Source: a virus
Lineage: Duplodnaviria > Caudoviricetes
Virus record (IMG/VR): IMGVR_UViG_3300030433_002124
Coordinates: 1 to 64,000 of that record
Length of the DNA: 64,000 nt
Strand: one strand, 5' to 3'
The notes under the pieces are model-generated. The model saw only the letters and a list, made by a program, of their open reading frames with translations, did not search any database and had not been told where the DNA came from. Shown here piece by piece: positions 8,532 through 19,500 of this stretch. Positions within the stretch are counted from its first letter, which is position 1, and each line of letters starts with the position of its first letter. A program made the position numbers and the translations under genes.

Positions 8532-9707
8532 ATGACTGATAATAAAGAACTAAATCCTTTTGAGGGATTTAAAGCGTTAGAAGGAGATACGATGCCTCCT
8601 TCTGATTTAGAAATAAAAGATGTGGCAGATGTTGATACGATGGGGGAAGATACTGGTATAGTAGATAAAACAAAAGAAGAAGATACTGTTGAAGAAACAC
8701 CTGCTAAAGAAAAAAAAGATGAACTTTCTGTAGATAATTTAGAAATTGAATATAGAGATACAGTTGAAGAAGACGATGAAGAGGTTACAGAGTCTGAACC
8801 AAAAGAAGAGGCTGAAGCAACAAAAACAGAAGAAGAAGAAGAGGAATTATCACAAATAGGAATTCTTGCTAATCATTTAAAAGAAGAAGGAGTTATTGAT
8901 TTTGAAGATGAAGAATTTGAAGACTCAGAAGAAGGATTAGCAAATGTTGTAAAAAAACAAATAGAAAAAGGGGTAGCAGAATATAAAGAAAATTTAGATC
9001 CTGTTGCACAACAGTTTTTAGATTATATTGAAGATGGAGGAGATCCTCAACACTTTACTAAGGCGTATGCTACTGTTGATTTTTCAAGAATCGATAATAC
9101 TAACTTAAAAGGAAAGAGTGAACTTCAAAAACAGATAGTTGCAGAACTTATGAGACGTGAGGGATATAACAGAGAAGAGATAGTGGAAGAAATCCAAGAT
9201 CTTTTAAATGGTAATGTTTTAGCAGGAAGAGCTAATCGTTCTTTGAGAAAATTACAGAATATACAAAAGAAAGAACGAGCAGAATTACTTAAGTCTCAAA
9301 AAGATAAGGCTGCAGAATCAAAAATAAAACAAGAAACTTTTTTAACAGAGTTAAGAGAGAATATAGATGGGAAAGAAGAAATTGCTGGCTTTCCTATAAG
9401 TAAGAAGCAAAAAAAGGCTTTTTATGATTATATAACTAAACCAGATAGAAAGACAGGTAAAACAAAACTGGTTATGGATTCAGAAGCGGATAAAGATTCG
9501 CAACTGAAAATGGCTTGGTTATATTTTAACAACTTTAATTTTGACAAAGTTGAAAAGAAGGCACGAACTAAAGCTACATCAAATCTACGAGCTAACCTAG
9601 AACGAGCTTCTGGGGTGTCTAGAAAAAAGCTGAAAAGCAAATCTAGAACAAAAGTAACTGGAGATGATCTAAACTTTAGTTTGTTCTCTAAGGCAATGAA
9701 ATTATAA
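8532..9707 (+). CDS. capsid scaffolding protein (putative)
   Basis: Very acidic N-terminal half, helical C-terminal half, immediately upstream of the MCP, which is the usual scaffold position in crAss-like genomes. Confidence 0.7.
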   Translation: MTDNKELNPFEGFKALEGDTMPPSDLEIKDVADVDTMGEDTGIVDKTKEEDTVEETPAKEKKDELSVDNLEIEYRDTVEEDDEEVTESEPKEEAEATKTEEEEEELSQIGILANHLKEEGVIDFEDEEFEDSEEGLANVVKKQIEKGVAEYKENLDPVAQQFLDYIEDGGDPQHFTKAYATVDFSRIDNTNLKGKSELQKQIVAELMRREGYNREEIVEEIQDLLNGNVLAGRANRSLRKLQNIQKKERAELLKSQKDKAAESKIKQETFLTELRENIDGKEEIAGFPISKKQKKAFYDYITKPDRKTGKTKLVMDSEADKDSQLKMAWLYFNNFNFDKVEKKARTKATSNLRANLERASGVSRKKLKSKSRTKVTGDDLNFSLFSKAMKL

Positions 9708-9741
9708 TAATAATGTTTAATTTAATAAAAATTTTAAGTGA

Positions 9742-11175
9742 ATGGCTATAAATGGATTACAACTATACAGAACCAAATGGCATTCTGGGTTGACTCAGCA
9801 AAATCACTTATCATCTGCATATTTGACAGAGCCAGAGGTTATGAGTACATTAGTTACTCGTATCTTTGGAATGCAAGGATCTAATCCTATCCAATACCTA
9901 ACTTCAGGTATGGGACGTTCTAAAGAGATTGGCAACAGAGAGTATGACTGGCATTTACAAGGTGATGATGAGAAAGCTGTTGCGATCGCAGGAAACTTCG
10001 GTGAGTATGGAGCAAACAGAACTAATTTCCGAGTTAAGTTTAAGGAAAAATGGTTCGCAAATCAAGAAGTATTAGTTCTTGATGACAGAGATTATCGAGT
10101 TAGAGTAATGGAAGATCCCTATTTTGATGGGAATGCTTGGGTGTATACTTTACGCCAAGTAGGTACAGCTACTGCAGCTATACCAGCAGCATTACTTGAA
10201 GCTGGAAAAGAGATGTCGAAAGAATATACTACAGTACCTGAATTCTCTACTGGAGGTAACACTACTTTTAGTGCACCTTTCAAAATGAGAAATCATTTAA
10301 GTACATTGAGAAAATCATATACAGTAACAAGAAGCGCTGCTACAGATGCTCTTGTTATTCAGTTGGCTGACCCAAATAACCCAGGGAAAAAATCAACAGT
10401 ATGGACTCGATATGCTGAGTGGGAAGCAATGGCACAGTGGTATAGAGAAATAGAAAGATCATATTGGTACTCAACATTCTCATCTGACTCTAATGGAGTT
10501 ACTGACATGATGGGTAACAATGGACTTCCAGTTTATGAAGGTGCTGGTATTAGAGAGCAAATCGCTCCAGCTAATATTAGAAATTATACTACATTAACTG
10601 AGAATATTATCCGTGATTTCTTAATTGATCTATCTTATAATGTAATGCCTGAATCATCTAGAGAGTTTGTTGCATTTACTGGTGAGTATGGATTTGCTGA
10701 GTTTGACAAAGCTATGAAAACAGCTGCGTCTAATTGGACTTTAGTAGATTCTAAATTTGTTACTGGTAGTGGACAAAACCTTGCATTAGGTGGACAGTTT
10801 AAAACATACATGGGATTAAATGGTACAAAGATTACTCTTAAGCATTTACCTTTATATGATAACACTGTTATGAACAGACAATTACATGCAGAGACAGGTA
10901 GACCTCTTGAGTCGTACAGATTTACATTCTTAGACTTTGGTATGGCAGGTGGAGAATCAAACATCCAATCTGTACATAAAAAAGGTTCTAAGGATATTAT
11001 GTGGCATACTGCTGGTTCTATTGACCCGTTTGGTAATACAGCTAAATCAGTAAACACTATGCGTTCTGATAACCTTGATGGTTATTCAGTGCATATGTTA
11101 TCTGAATGTGGTGTAATGATCAAAAACCCAATGGCTTGTGGTGAGTTAATTTGTACTAACGCGGCTGCTAATTAA
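9742..11175 (+). CDS. major capsid protein (crAss-like)
   Basis: 477 aa. N-terminal WHSGLTQQNHL, plus EYDWHLQG, GAGIREQI and FTGEYG segments typical of crAss-family MCPs. Confidence 0.92.
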   Translation: MAINGLQLYRTKWHSGLTQQNHLSSAYLTEPEVMSTLVTRIFGMQGSNPIQYLTSGMGRSKEIGNREYDWHLQGDDEKAVAIAGNFGEYGANRTNFRVKFKEKWFANQEVLVLDDRDYRVRVMEDPYFDGNAWVYTLRQVGTATAAIPAALLEAGKEMSKEYTTVPEFSTGGNTTFSAPFKMRNHLSTLRKSYTVTRSAATDALVIQLADPNNPGKKSTVWTRYAEWEAMAQWYREIERSYWYSTFSSDSNGVTDMMGNNGLPVYEGAGIREQIAPANIRNYTTLTENIIRDFLIDLSYNVMPESSREFVAFTGEYGFAEFDKAMKTAASNWTLVDSKFVTGSGQNLALGGQFKTYMGLNGTKITLKHLPLYDNTVMNRQLHAETGRPLESYRFTFLDFGMAGGESNIQSVHKKGSKDIMWHTAGSIDPFGNTAKSVNTMRSDNLDGYSVHMLSECGVMIKNPMACGELICTNAAAN

Positions 11176-11201
11176 TAAATGTTTAATTTAAAGTAAAGAG
11201 T

Positions 11202-12035
11202 ATGTTAAATAGTACTGTAATAGTGAAAGCTTTAAAACAACATGCTTGGTCAGGATTTCATAGATTTCCTAAATGTAAAGACACGGTCATAGCTACTTAC
11301 GGAAGGGGTGGCTATGATACCGGTCTTACAGAATCGGAAGAAAGAGATCTTGAAAAAGTTATGAATTTAGAAGCTGGAACTTTAAATCGGTTTTCAGAAT
11401 ATTGGCAAAATTATGCTGTTATATTAACTGATAAAGAAAAAATTTTAAAACTAGATCGTCCTAGAGATTTTTTAGATTATAAAATTTTGAGTAGAAGTGA
11501 AAAAGTAGCGAATTCTGTAAATGAAACTGATAATTGGCCCAAAGCAACATATGTATTATATGATGCTGAGGAAGATGCCAAAAAAGATAATTTAAAAGTT
11601 AAGGAAAAAAGGAAAGCTTATAAGCAATTTAATTCGATGACAATTAGTGAAATGAAAAATGTATTAAAGATTATGGGTAAGAAAGCAGATAATGCTTCTG
11701 ACGAATTAGTTGAAAATACATTGGCAGAAATTGTTGAACAAAAAGCATCAGAATTTAATGAAACTTTAGCTCTTCCAGATTTCAAAACTAGGGTTTTAAT
11801 TGAGGATTTAGTTAATAATAACGTTCTTAGAATTAGAGGTGGGCATTATATGCTTGGTGATAGTGCTGTAGGACATGATTTAGAAGCTACAATTCTTTAT
11901 GTAAAAGATCCTAAAAATCAGGATATTGTGTTATCCATGAAGGCGAGACTGCAAGGAACTACGAGCAGTGTGAAAACAGTTAAGGAAGTTGAAACCAAAA
12001 TGCCAAAGAAGGCCAAAAAAGTTGATAGTGAATGA
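11202..12035 (+). CDS. conserved crAss-like protein downstream of MCP (function unknown)
   Basis: Position after the MCP; TGLTESEE...LNRFSEYW and RPRDFLDYK segments. Confidence 0.6.
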   Translation: MLNSTVIVKALKQHAWSGFHRFPKCKDTVIATYGRGGYDTGLTESEERDLEKVMNLEAGTLNRFSEYWQNYAVILTDKEKILKLDRPRDFLDYKILSRSEKVANSVNETDNWPKATYVLYDAEEDAKKDNLKVKEKRKAYKQFNSMTISEMKNVLKIMGKKADNASDELVENTLAEIVEQKASEFNETLALPDFKTRVLIEDLVNNNVLRIRGGHYMLGDSAVGHDLEATILYVKDPKNQDIVLSMKARLQGTTSSVKTVKEVETKMPKKAKKVDSE

Positions 12036-12730
12036 CTGTAGCGGAAATGCACATACAATTCAAAGTGGGGTTAGATAAGACAGACAGTCTTAACTACCCT
12101 AACTTTGAGCCTGAAGAAATTGATCTTTGGCTTAATAAAGCTCAAGATAAATTTATAAAAACACGATATTCACACGATGTTAAAAGAGAAACTTTTGAGG
12201 AGACTCAAAAAAGAACTGATGATTTACGTGAAGTCGTGCAGGAAGTTACATTAATTCCTGCTGTCACACAAACTCCGGTAAAGCCTAATGGAGTATTATT
12301 TACTTTACCTGATGGAACGTTTGGCGGATTTCCTACATACTGGTTTGCAATTAATGAAGAATGTGAAATTGAATTTACAAATTGTTCAGATAATCCAGTA
12401 TCTAGAAGAAAAAGAGTAAAACCCATTCAGCACGATGATTATAATAAAATCATTGGGGATCCATTTAATAAGCCTGATAAAAATAAAATTGTCAGACTTA
12501 TGCATGGAGGAAGTGCTGAGTTAATTAGTGATGGTACCTATGATATACTTAGGTACATTTTGAGATATATAAAAAGACCAGAGCAGATCAATCTAGCTAA
12601 CAATAATGATTGCGAATTAGCTGATCATACTCATAGTGAAATTGTAACTCTTGCAGTTGGAATGGCATTAGAGAATACAGCTAACCCTAGGTTCCAAACT
12701 CATATGGTTGAAAGTATAGCTCAAGAATAA
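12032..12730 (+). CDS. tail ring / head-tail adaptor protein
   Basis: MTVAEMHIQF...LDK, EIDLWLNKAQ, FEETQKRTDDL, YIKRP...CEL...HSEIV..AV pattern of crAss-like ring proteins. Confidence 0.75.
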   Translation: MTVAEMHIQFKVGLDKTDSLNYPNFEPEEIDLWLNKAQDKFIKTRYSHDVKRETFEETQKRTDDLREVVQEVTLIPAVTQTPVKPNGVLFTLPDGTFGGFPTYWFAINEECEIEFTNCSDNPVSRRKRVKPIQHDDYNKIIGDPFNKPDKNKIVRLMHGGSAELISDGTYDILRYILRYIKRPEQINLANNNDCELADHTHSEIVTLAVGMALENTANPRFQTHMVESIAQE

Positions 12731-12759
12731 ATAATGTTTAATTTTTAAAATACTTTATA

Positions 12760-13746
12760 ATGAGACACGAGAATTATAAAATTTTAGTCGGTAAAAATAT
12801 TGCAGGAGGTGCTGCAAACATTGCCGGTTTAGCGATAGGAGAAATCGCAGCAGTAAAACCAGATATGACTTTTTTAGCAGCTGGTGAAACTATTGCTGAT
12901 GCTCCTTATATATATTTAGTACAAGGTATTGATGGAGCTGGAAAAGTAAGATGGTCTTCAAAAATACAAGGTGCTAATGTTCACAAGTATACTGGTAGCC
13001 AACAAGCAGCCGCTGTACAACAAATAACAACCGTTGGTTATAATGGAGCTTCAGGTTCTATTTTAGTTAACAATTCAAGCGAGTATGAACTAAGTATTAT
13101 ATTTACTTTTGATAAAGTTCAAGGATCGGAAAGACAATATGTTAGAAGATTCCACTATACTACAGACGCTACTGCTTCAGAAGCAGAAATAGCTACTAAC
13201 TTTAAATCACAAATCGATGCAGATTCTATTTGTAAAGATTTATTAGCTGCAGTAACTATTGATTCTTCTGGTGCAAATAGAGGTATGAGAATAGAAGGAA
13301 AAGCTCAAACATATAATGTTATTGATGGTTATGAACATGTTACATTTAAAGTTGTTCTTAGTGGGGGATTCATTGATGGTGGATCTACATTACTTACATC
13401 TGATGGGACTGGTAACTCTCAATTAGCAAGTTTTGGTGTAGGTACATATGAGCATGTGTCTGATCTTGAAAGAGCACAAATTGGAATGGAGGGTATTAAT
13501 AATTTAATGAAATTCCCAGTACCATCTTATCCAGTATTTGCTGATTCATCGGCAACATACGATATGTATAGTATAATTTATGATGATGTACACGCTTCTG
13601 CTAATCTTAATAAAGATATAGCTAGTCCAGAAATGACTATTGTAGCTATGGCTACAGGAGGTGCAGGACAGCAGGCACTTTTAGAAAATGTTTTAAACCC
13701 ATGGTTTAATTCATGTCCTGGAAGTTTCCCAGCTGTAGTACTTTAA
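12760..13746 (+). CDS. auxiliary capsid protein (putative)
   Basis: 328-aa beta-rich, Ala/Gly-rich protein in the position of the crAss auxiliary capsid gene. Confidence 0.6.
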   Translation: MRHENYKILVGKNIAGGAANIAGLAIGEIAAVKPDMTFLAAGETIADAPYIYLVQGIDGAGKVRWSSKIQGANVHKYTGSQQAAAVQQITTVGYNGASGSILVNNSSEYELSIIFTFDKVQGSERQYVRRFHYTTDATASEAEIATNFKSQIDADSICKDLLAAVTIDSSGANRGMRIEGKAQTYNVIDGYEHVTFKVVLSGGFIDGGSTLLTSDGTGNSQLASFGVGTYEHVSDLERAQIGMEGINNLMKFPVPSYPVFADSSATYDMYSIIYDDVHASANLNKDIASPEMTIVAMATGGAGQQALLENVLNPWFNSCPGSFPAVVL

Positions 13747-13778
13747 TTGATTGTTTAACTTAATAAAATTTTAATATA

Positions 13779-14171
13779 ATGGCAGCTCCAACAATAAAAA
13801 GCAAAGGAATAAACAGAGAAGTTCAATGTGCTACAGCTAATTTCGTATTTGATTCGACAGCAGCAGGAGACTATGATAGTACTGTAATTATTCCACCAAA
13901 AGCAACGATAGTAGGTGTTTATATGATGGCTAATGTGGCATTAACAAACGGTACTAATATTATTGCAAATATAGGACCAGCGGGAGGAACTCACGTTGAT
14001 CTTACACCGGCAGTAGTACTTGCTGACTTAAATGCAAATAATAAGCAGGATAGTTCAGCAGTAGTTACTCCATTAGCATTAGATGCAGTTCAGGGTGGTG
14101 TTATCTCTATAACAACAACTGGAACATTTAACGCAGGTGATTTAGATGTAACTGTTTGTTACGTTGTGTAA
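13779..14171 (+). CDS. small capsid decoration/head protein (putative)
   Basis: 130 aa, beta-rich (IPPKATIVGVY...GTFNAGDLDVTVCY); last gene before a terminator hairpin. Confidence 0.5.
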   Translation: MAAPTIKSKGINREVQCATANFVFDSTAAGDYDSTVIIPPKATIVGVYMMANVALTNGTNIIANIGPAGGTHVDLTPAVVLADLNANNKQDSSAVVTPLALDAVQGGVISITTTGTFNAGDLDVTVCYVV

Positions 14172-14183
14172 TAAAAATAATTT

Positions 14184-14223
14184 TATAGGTTAAAGGGGGA
14201 GTAATCTCCCCCTACCTATATTT
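14184..14223 (+). terminator. intrinsic terminator-like hairpin
   Basis: Stem AGGGGGAG-TAAT-CTCCCCCT with outer TATAGGT/ACCTATA pairing, followed by TTT; directly after the capsid gene block. Confidence 0.75.
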
Positions 14224-14240
14224 AAAATATAGTATAGTTA

Positions 14241-14840
14241 ATGTTACCACAAATTAGTTTTTCAGCACACGAGTCTTGTGATTCACAAAATATAGTATTT
14301 ACAGATACAACAGGTGCATACGATCCAGTTACAAATACAACAGGATGGGGTGCTCCTAATTTTCCATTATCCGTTGTTCAAGACGCAGAAATAAATATAA
14401 CAGATCCTTCAGGTACACTCTATCAATTAGAATGGGGAATATTTGGTGCTACTTTACCTAATGCAAATAATAATTCTTTTATGATTAATATGAGTATGTT
14501 AGGAGGTACAGCAAATACAACAATGACACAGGGTTTGTATAATATAGAATATAGAATTTTAGTAGCCGAACAAGGAGGTGCAGGTACTTGGATAACAGCT
14601 CGTAAATTTGTATTCTGTTATAGTACAATTAAATGTTGTGTACACAAAATGTTAGCAGCATTAGACATATGTGATGATTGTCCTTGTGATTCAGAAAAAC
14701 AAAATGCGTTGGAAGCTTACACATTATATAAAGCTATGCTATATGCTTCATCTTGCGGTAGTATTACTAAAGCCGATAAGATATTTAAGCAAGTTAGTAG
14801 ATTGTGTAATTATAAGGGTCCGTGTAATACGTGCTCATAA
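14241..14840 (+). CDS. tail hub-like structural protein with Cys-rich C-terminus
   Basis: FTDTTGAYD...TGWGAPN N-terminus; C-terminal CCVH, CDDCPCD and CNYKGPCNTCS; lies in the tail module. Confidence 0.55.
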   Translation: MLPQISFSAHESCDSQNIVFTDTTGAYDPVTNTTGWGAPNFPLSVVQDAEINITDPSGTLYQLEWGIFGATLPNANNNSFMINMSMLGGTANTTMTQGLYNIEYRILVAEQGGAGTWITARKFVFCYSTIKCCVHKMLAALDICDDCPCDSEKQNALEAYTLYKAMLYASSCGSITKADKIFKQVSRLCNYKGPCNTCS

Positions 14841-14851
14841 TATGAGTTTTA

Positions 14852-15808
14852 ATGGCATGTGAAAATTGTGAAAATGGATGTGCAGATCCAAATCTGTGCG
14901 CATGTGATTGTCAATCATGTGCAGAAGCAAACGGGTGTGATATACCTGTAGGTGATATAGGACCATCTGGTCCTGCTGGACCTGCGGGACAAAGTGGCCA
15001 AGACGGTCAACCCGGAGTAAATGGTGAAGATGGAGCAAATGGATGTTCTGTCTTAAATATATATGTAGCTTCTGGAGGAGAAACTGTAGATAGTGGATTT
15101 GCTGTTGAAGGAGATCTAGTTATTGAAACAGGACCAGCTCCAAGTCCATGTAATCAAACTTATATAGCAGGAAATATAACTAATATATTAGAAGAATCTA
15201 CAAGTAATACTTTACCTGTAGGTGTTATTGTAATGTGGTCAGGATCAGTATCAAGTATAAATGATTTACCTGGTTGGGCTATATGTGATGGAACTAGTGG
15301 TACTCCAGATCTTAGGGGTAGATTTATAGTAATGCCTGATCAATCTGCAGGTGCTCCTATGCTAACAGATGCAAATAATAATCCATTGTGGCCTAATGTA
15401 GGTGATACAGGTGGAGATATTCCTTTTACATGTTTAGCACCAAATAATATTCCAGCTCATGTTCATGATTTAGATGGTGTAGATATATCACTTTCACAGG
15501 GAGGTGCTCATTATCATCAACGTAGAGGTTATTATGTAGTAGATGGAACTGGAAGTCCTGCAGAAGACGTTAAATCTAGAGGTAGAATAGGTTCTGATCC
15601 TATGGAAAATGTAACAGCAGTTCCATTTGATGGTACGGGTGACTGTACTGGAGATAATGATCCTAATTGTGGAGCTCACATTCATGATGTAAGTTTAGAT
15701 GGAGATACAGGAGATGGACAACCAGAATTAGGAAGTCCTGATTTTGGAGATTGTTTTAATCATATTCCCCCTTATTATGCACTTTGTTTTATAATGAAAA
15801 TATCTTAA
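14852..15808 (+). CDS. tail fiber-like protein: Cys-rich N-terminus, collagen-like repeat, tail collar domain
   Basis: Ten G-X-Y triplets at 14951-15040; tail-collar motif LPVGVIVMWSG...GWAICDG...TPDLRGRFI; C-terminal HIPPYYALCFIMKI. Confidence 0.8.
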   Translation: MACENCENGCADPNLCACDCQSCAEANGCDIPVGDIGPSGPAGPAGQSGQDGQPGVNGEDGANGCSVLNIYVASGGETVDSGFAVEGDLVIETGPAPSPCNQTYIAGNITNILEESTSNTLPVGVIVMWSGSVSSINDLPGWAICDGTSGTPDLRGRFIVMPDQSAGAPMLTDANNNPLWPNVGDTGGDIPFTCLAPNNIPAHVHDLDGVDISLSQGGAHYHQRRGYYVVDGTGSPAEDVKSRGRIGSDPMENVTAVPFDGTGDCTGDNDPNCGAHIHDVSLDGDTGDGQPELGSPDFGDCFNHIPPYYALCFIMKIS

Positions 15809-16548
15809 TGAGTACTTTAGGTAAATATACAGTATATGATTTAAAGCATAGGTTAAATAAACTTAAATGCTGTTTTGCAGAAAAAACTGCTAAACTAGTA
15901 GATAAACAAAAATATGGTAAACCATGTGAAGATGAAAAATGTAATGTTCAGTTATTAGGAGCATATATTGAGATGTTAGAATGTTTAGTAAGCGAAGGAT
16001 GTAATTGTGAAGATGATTGGGTTGCAGGAGGATCATTAGTATATCATACTGATATACCTTCATCAGGATTTACTTTTGATCAAGTTGTAAAAGTATATCC
16101 TAGATATGCAGCAATAGGAACTGATGAGTTTTTATATATAAGATGGATGAATTCAAGTCTTCCTAGTTTAGAGAATGGTCTGGTAATAGATTGTGATACT
16201 TGTCAAGAAGTTTTAGGACAAACTTGTGAAGAAGGAGAATATGTTTTAAAGATACCATGTTGGGAAAATGCTATAGGTATAAATGCTTGGAGTGTTTGTG
16301 GTAATTTAAAAGTAGCGTGGCAAGCGAGAGGTCAGTTAATTTGGACTCCAGGATATACATATAATAGTGGAGATATAGTAAAATTTATGGGAGGTGGAAA
16401 CGGTGCAGATCAAACAGATCAAGGTAATTATTATATTTGCGCTGTTAAATCAGATAATCAACCAGAGTTTCATGAAGCTGTTCAAACAGTTTCGGATGTA
16501 ACAGCAAAAGTATGGGTAAAATTAGAATGTTATGATTTAATAGGATAG
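15808..16548 (+). CDS. tail hub-like/tail protein, Cys-rich
   Basis: The likely start is the ATG at 15808, overlapping the upstream TAA (the track gives 15784). Contains LKCCFAEK and a C-terminal WTPGYTYNSGDIVK carbohydrate-binding-like segment. Confidence 0.55.
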   Translation: MSTLGKYTVYDLKHRLNKLKCCFAEKTAKLVDKQKYGKPCEDEKCNVQLLGAYIEMLECLVSEGCNCEDDWVAGGSLVYHTDIPSSGFTFDQVVKVYPRYAAIGTDEFLYIRWMNSSLPSLENGLVIDCDTCQEVLGQTCEEGEYVLKIPCWENAIGINAWSVCGNLKVAWQARGQLIWTPGYTYNSGDIVKFMGGGNGADQTDQGNYYICAVKSDNQPEFHEAVQTVSDVTAKVWVKLECYDLIG

Positions 16549-16551
16549 AAA

Positions 16552-19500
16552 ATGGCAGCAAATTATAAGTGGAAAAAATTAATATTAGGAAATAGTGTAA
16601 AGCAGGATAATCTTACTTATCCACCTACTATGTCATCTACTCCAGCAGCATTCAATGCTCCTGCAGGTATGGCATCTGTTGCTACAGATGATGCTTACAA
16701 TCCTGGTGTTTCTTATGCTGCAGGTGATTTATTATTCTACACAGATGGTGCTACTGTATATGATTCTACAGGTGCTATTATGAACGGTGGTACTCTTAAT
16801 GGACTAGGAGGTACAAAAGCAGGTGCTCAACCTGCTGTTATTTTAAAAAGTACTGAAACTAATTATTGGTGGATTTTATCTATATCTGCTGGTGGAAGAG
16901 TATATTCTAGTACAGTAAATATGGCTGGTAATTCAGGTCGTGGTACTGTAGATCAAAAAGCAGTTACAGTTAATATAGGGGCTACTGTAACAGACAGATT
17001 CAATGCTTATTACAGTACTAGTACTAGTCAGTATGGTTTTATATGTCATTTAACTGGTAGTAATAGATGGAAATCTGCTTTAATTACAGGTATATCTTCA
17101 CACAATCCTACTTTTAGTGCTGTTACTACTACTGCTATAGGTAATATCTATGCTAATAATGATGCTGCTAATCATGCTACTGTTAAGTTTAATGAAGATA
17201 ATACAAAAATGGCTACGGTTTATCAGACAGCTGTTGGTACTTCTTCATCTCCTGTTACATCTGCTATAGTAGAAGTTTATGACTTTAATCCTGCAACCGG
17301 TGTACCTTCTAATTTTAATTCGTTTTTAGTAAATATTAAAGACGCAGGGGCTGTTGCTCCTGGAGCCGGAAATGATGGTAGATTAAAGGGATATGATTTA
17401 GAATGGGATTTTGATACAGATACATTATATATTCCTACATATGATTCTACTCATGGATTAGGAATAGAGTGGTTTACTTTAAATGCTTCTAATGCTGTAA
17501 CCTCTCAAGGAGTTGTAGGTAAATCTAGATCTTCTATTGGTAATAATGCAGATAAAGCTATTTTTGGTATGTATAAAGATCCTTATGAAGATCGTATATA
17601 TATAGCTAAACCTGCTGTTATAGGTACTACAGGTGGATATAGTTCTGATTATAATGATACATATGCAACAGATAGAGTATCTGTAATTATAGATACAGCT
17701 ACACCATCTACTTCAGAATTTGTAGAAACTTTAACAACTACTGTTCCTGGTGACACTATTGGTAAAGGTATGCCTACTAGACCTATGGCCGGAGAAGAAG
17801 CAGGAGCTTCAGATTACTATAGATTAACTCCTTGCGATACTCAAAAAGAGTATGTTATGGATACTAATGGATCTATTTGGGTTTTAGATGGATCATTAGA
17901 TGCTACTAAAATTGCTGATGTAAGTTCGATATCCGATAGAGTAAATATAGCAGTTCAAAAAGAAACTAACTTTATTTACTTATTAGCAGGTACAGGAGCT
18001 ACTCCAAAGATATATAAAATAGATACAGTAACAGGTACTGTAGATGCAGGTACTACTGTAAGTGGTACAGGTATTACAGGATTTAATTCTATATGTAGTA
18101 AAGATGGAGATGCTGCTAAATTATATGCAGTAATTACAATAGCAGGTCCTCATTATAATTATGCAGAAATAACTATTGCCACAGGTTCTACAACCAAAAC
18201 AGCAGGTAATACAAGTCATATTGCAGTAGATACTGCTATAATTGGTGGTACTTTATATATGGCATCAGGAGATGATTTATATAAAAATACAGGTCCAGGT
18301 ACATGGGCTACGGTAGGAGCAAATACATTAAGTAAAGATTATGAAGGTTTATCTACTGATGATACTACATTATATGGTTATATAGAAGGTAAAAGATATA
18401 CTATTAATACTTCTACAGGTGCAGCTTCTGCAGGACAAAGTATTACAATAAACTCAAGTACAAGTACTTGGAACTATACAGTTCAAGGTGCAGGTATAGT
18501 TAATGTTGGAGTTATTAATACAAATGATACAAATCCTGGATCAGAATTAGGTAAAGTTATTACAGTTACTAATTATTCAGGTTGTTATACTGTAAGTACT
18601 ACAGGATCTGGAAGTGATGTTATTGGAACTATATTATCTTCTTCAGCGGATTGTGGTTCTTGTTCTAGTATTGAATCTGATAATTATTGTAAATTATTAA
18701 TTAGTTGTTGTGATTCTGGTTATAAAGGATTAGGATTTACAAGAGAAATTGTAGGAGTTAGTGATGATCCTACATGTTCAGTAGGTAGTTATTATGAAAT
18801 AACAGCTAATGCTCAAAGTAATGATCAGTTAAATAGATGTGTTGAAGTTCAGGATACAGACGATTCTTTATATATATTAAATAATAGTGATGGTTATAGG
18901 ATAGATATTACTACTGGTATCCTAAGTGAAGAATCGACAATAGGTGGAGAGGATATTGCTTTTAATAAACATGGTGTAGGATTTATATCTGGAGGATCTA
19001 CTTTATCTTATACAATACCAACTTTTAGTACATATAAAGATCTTCCTAAAGGAAATAGTACACCTATTTCTATTCCTCAAAATAGAGCAATAGGTTTTAA
19101 TTATTCAGATGAATTAATTACAGGAGGAGTAATTAGTGGTGTAACTCAAATTTCTAGAAACTCTATTAATAAGAAAGGAGTCTTAACTACTATTAATACA
19201 TTAACAAATGCTAATGTATTATTAACAGGAGATTTTGCTGTTGATAAAATTACAGGTAATTATTATTGTGTAGGAGATTCATCTCCTTCAGCTACACCTG
19301 AAACAAATGATTTATTTAAGTTAGATCCTTCTACATTAGCAGAAACTCATATTGCTAGTTTAACTACTACATTAAGTTTAAGCGCATGGCAAAACATTAA
19401 AGCTATAGAGATTGTTAAAGATGCTTGTTATGTAGTTGTTTGGGATACTAAAACTTATGGTATAACTCTTTATAGAATAAATAAAGATACAGGTGCATTA

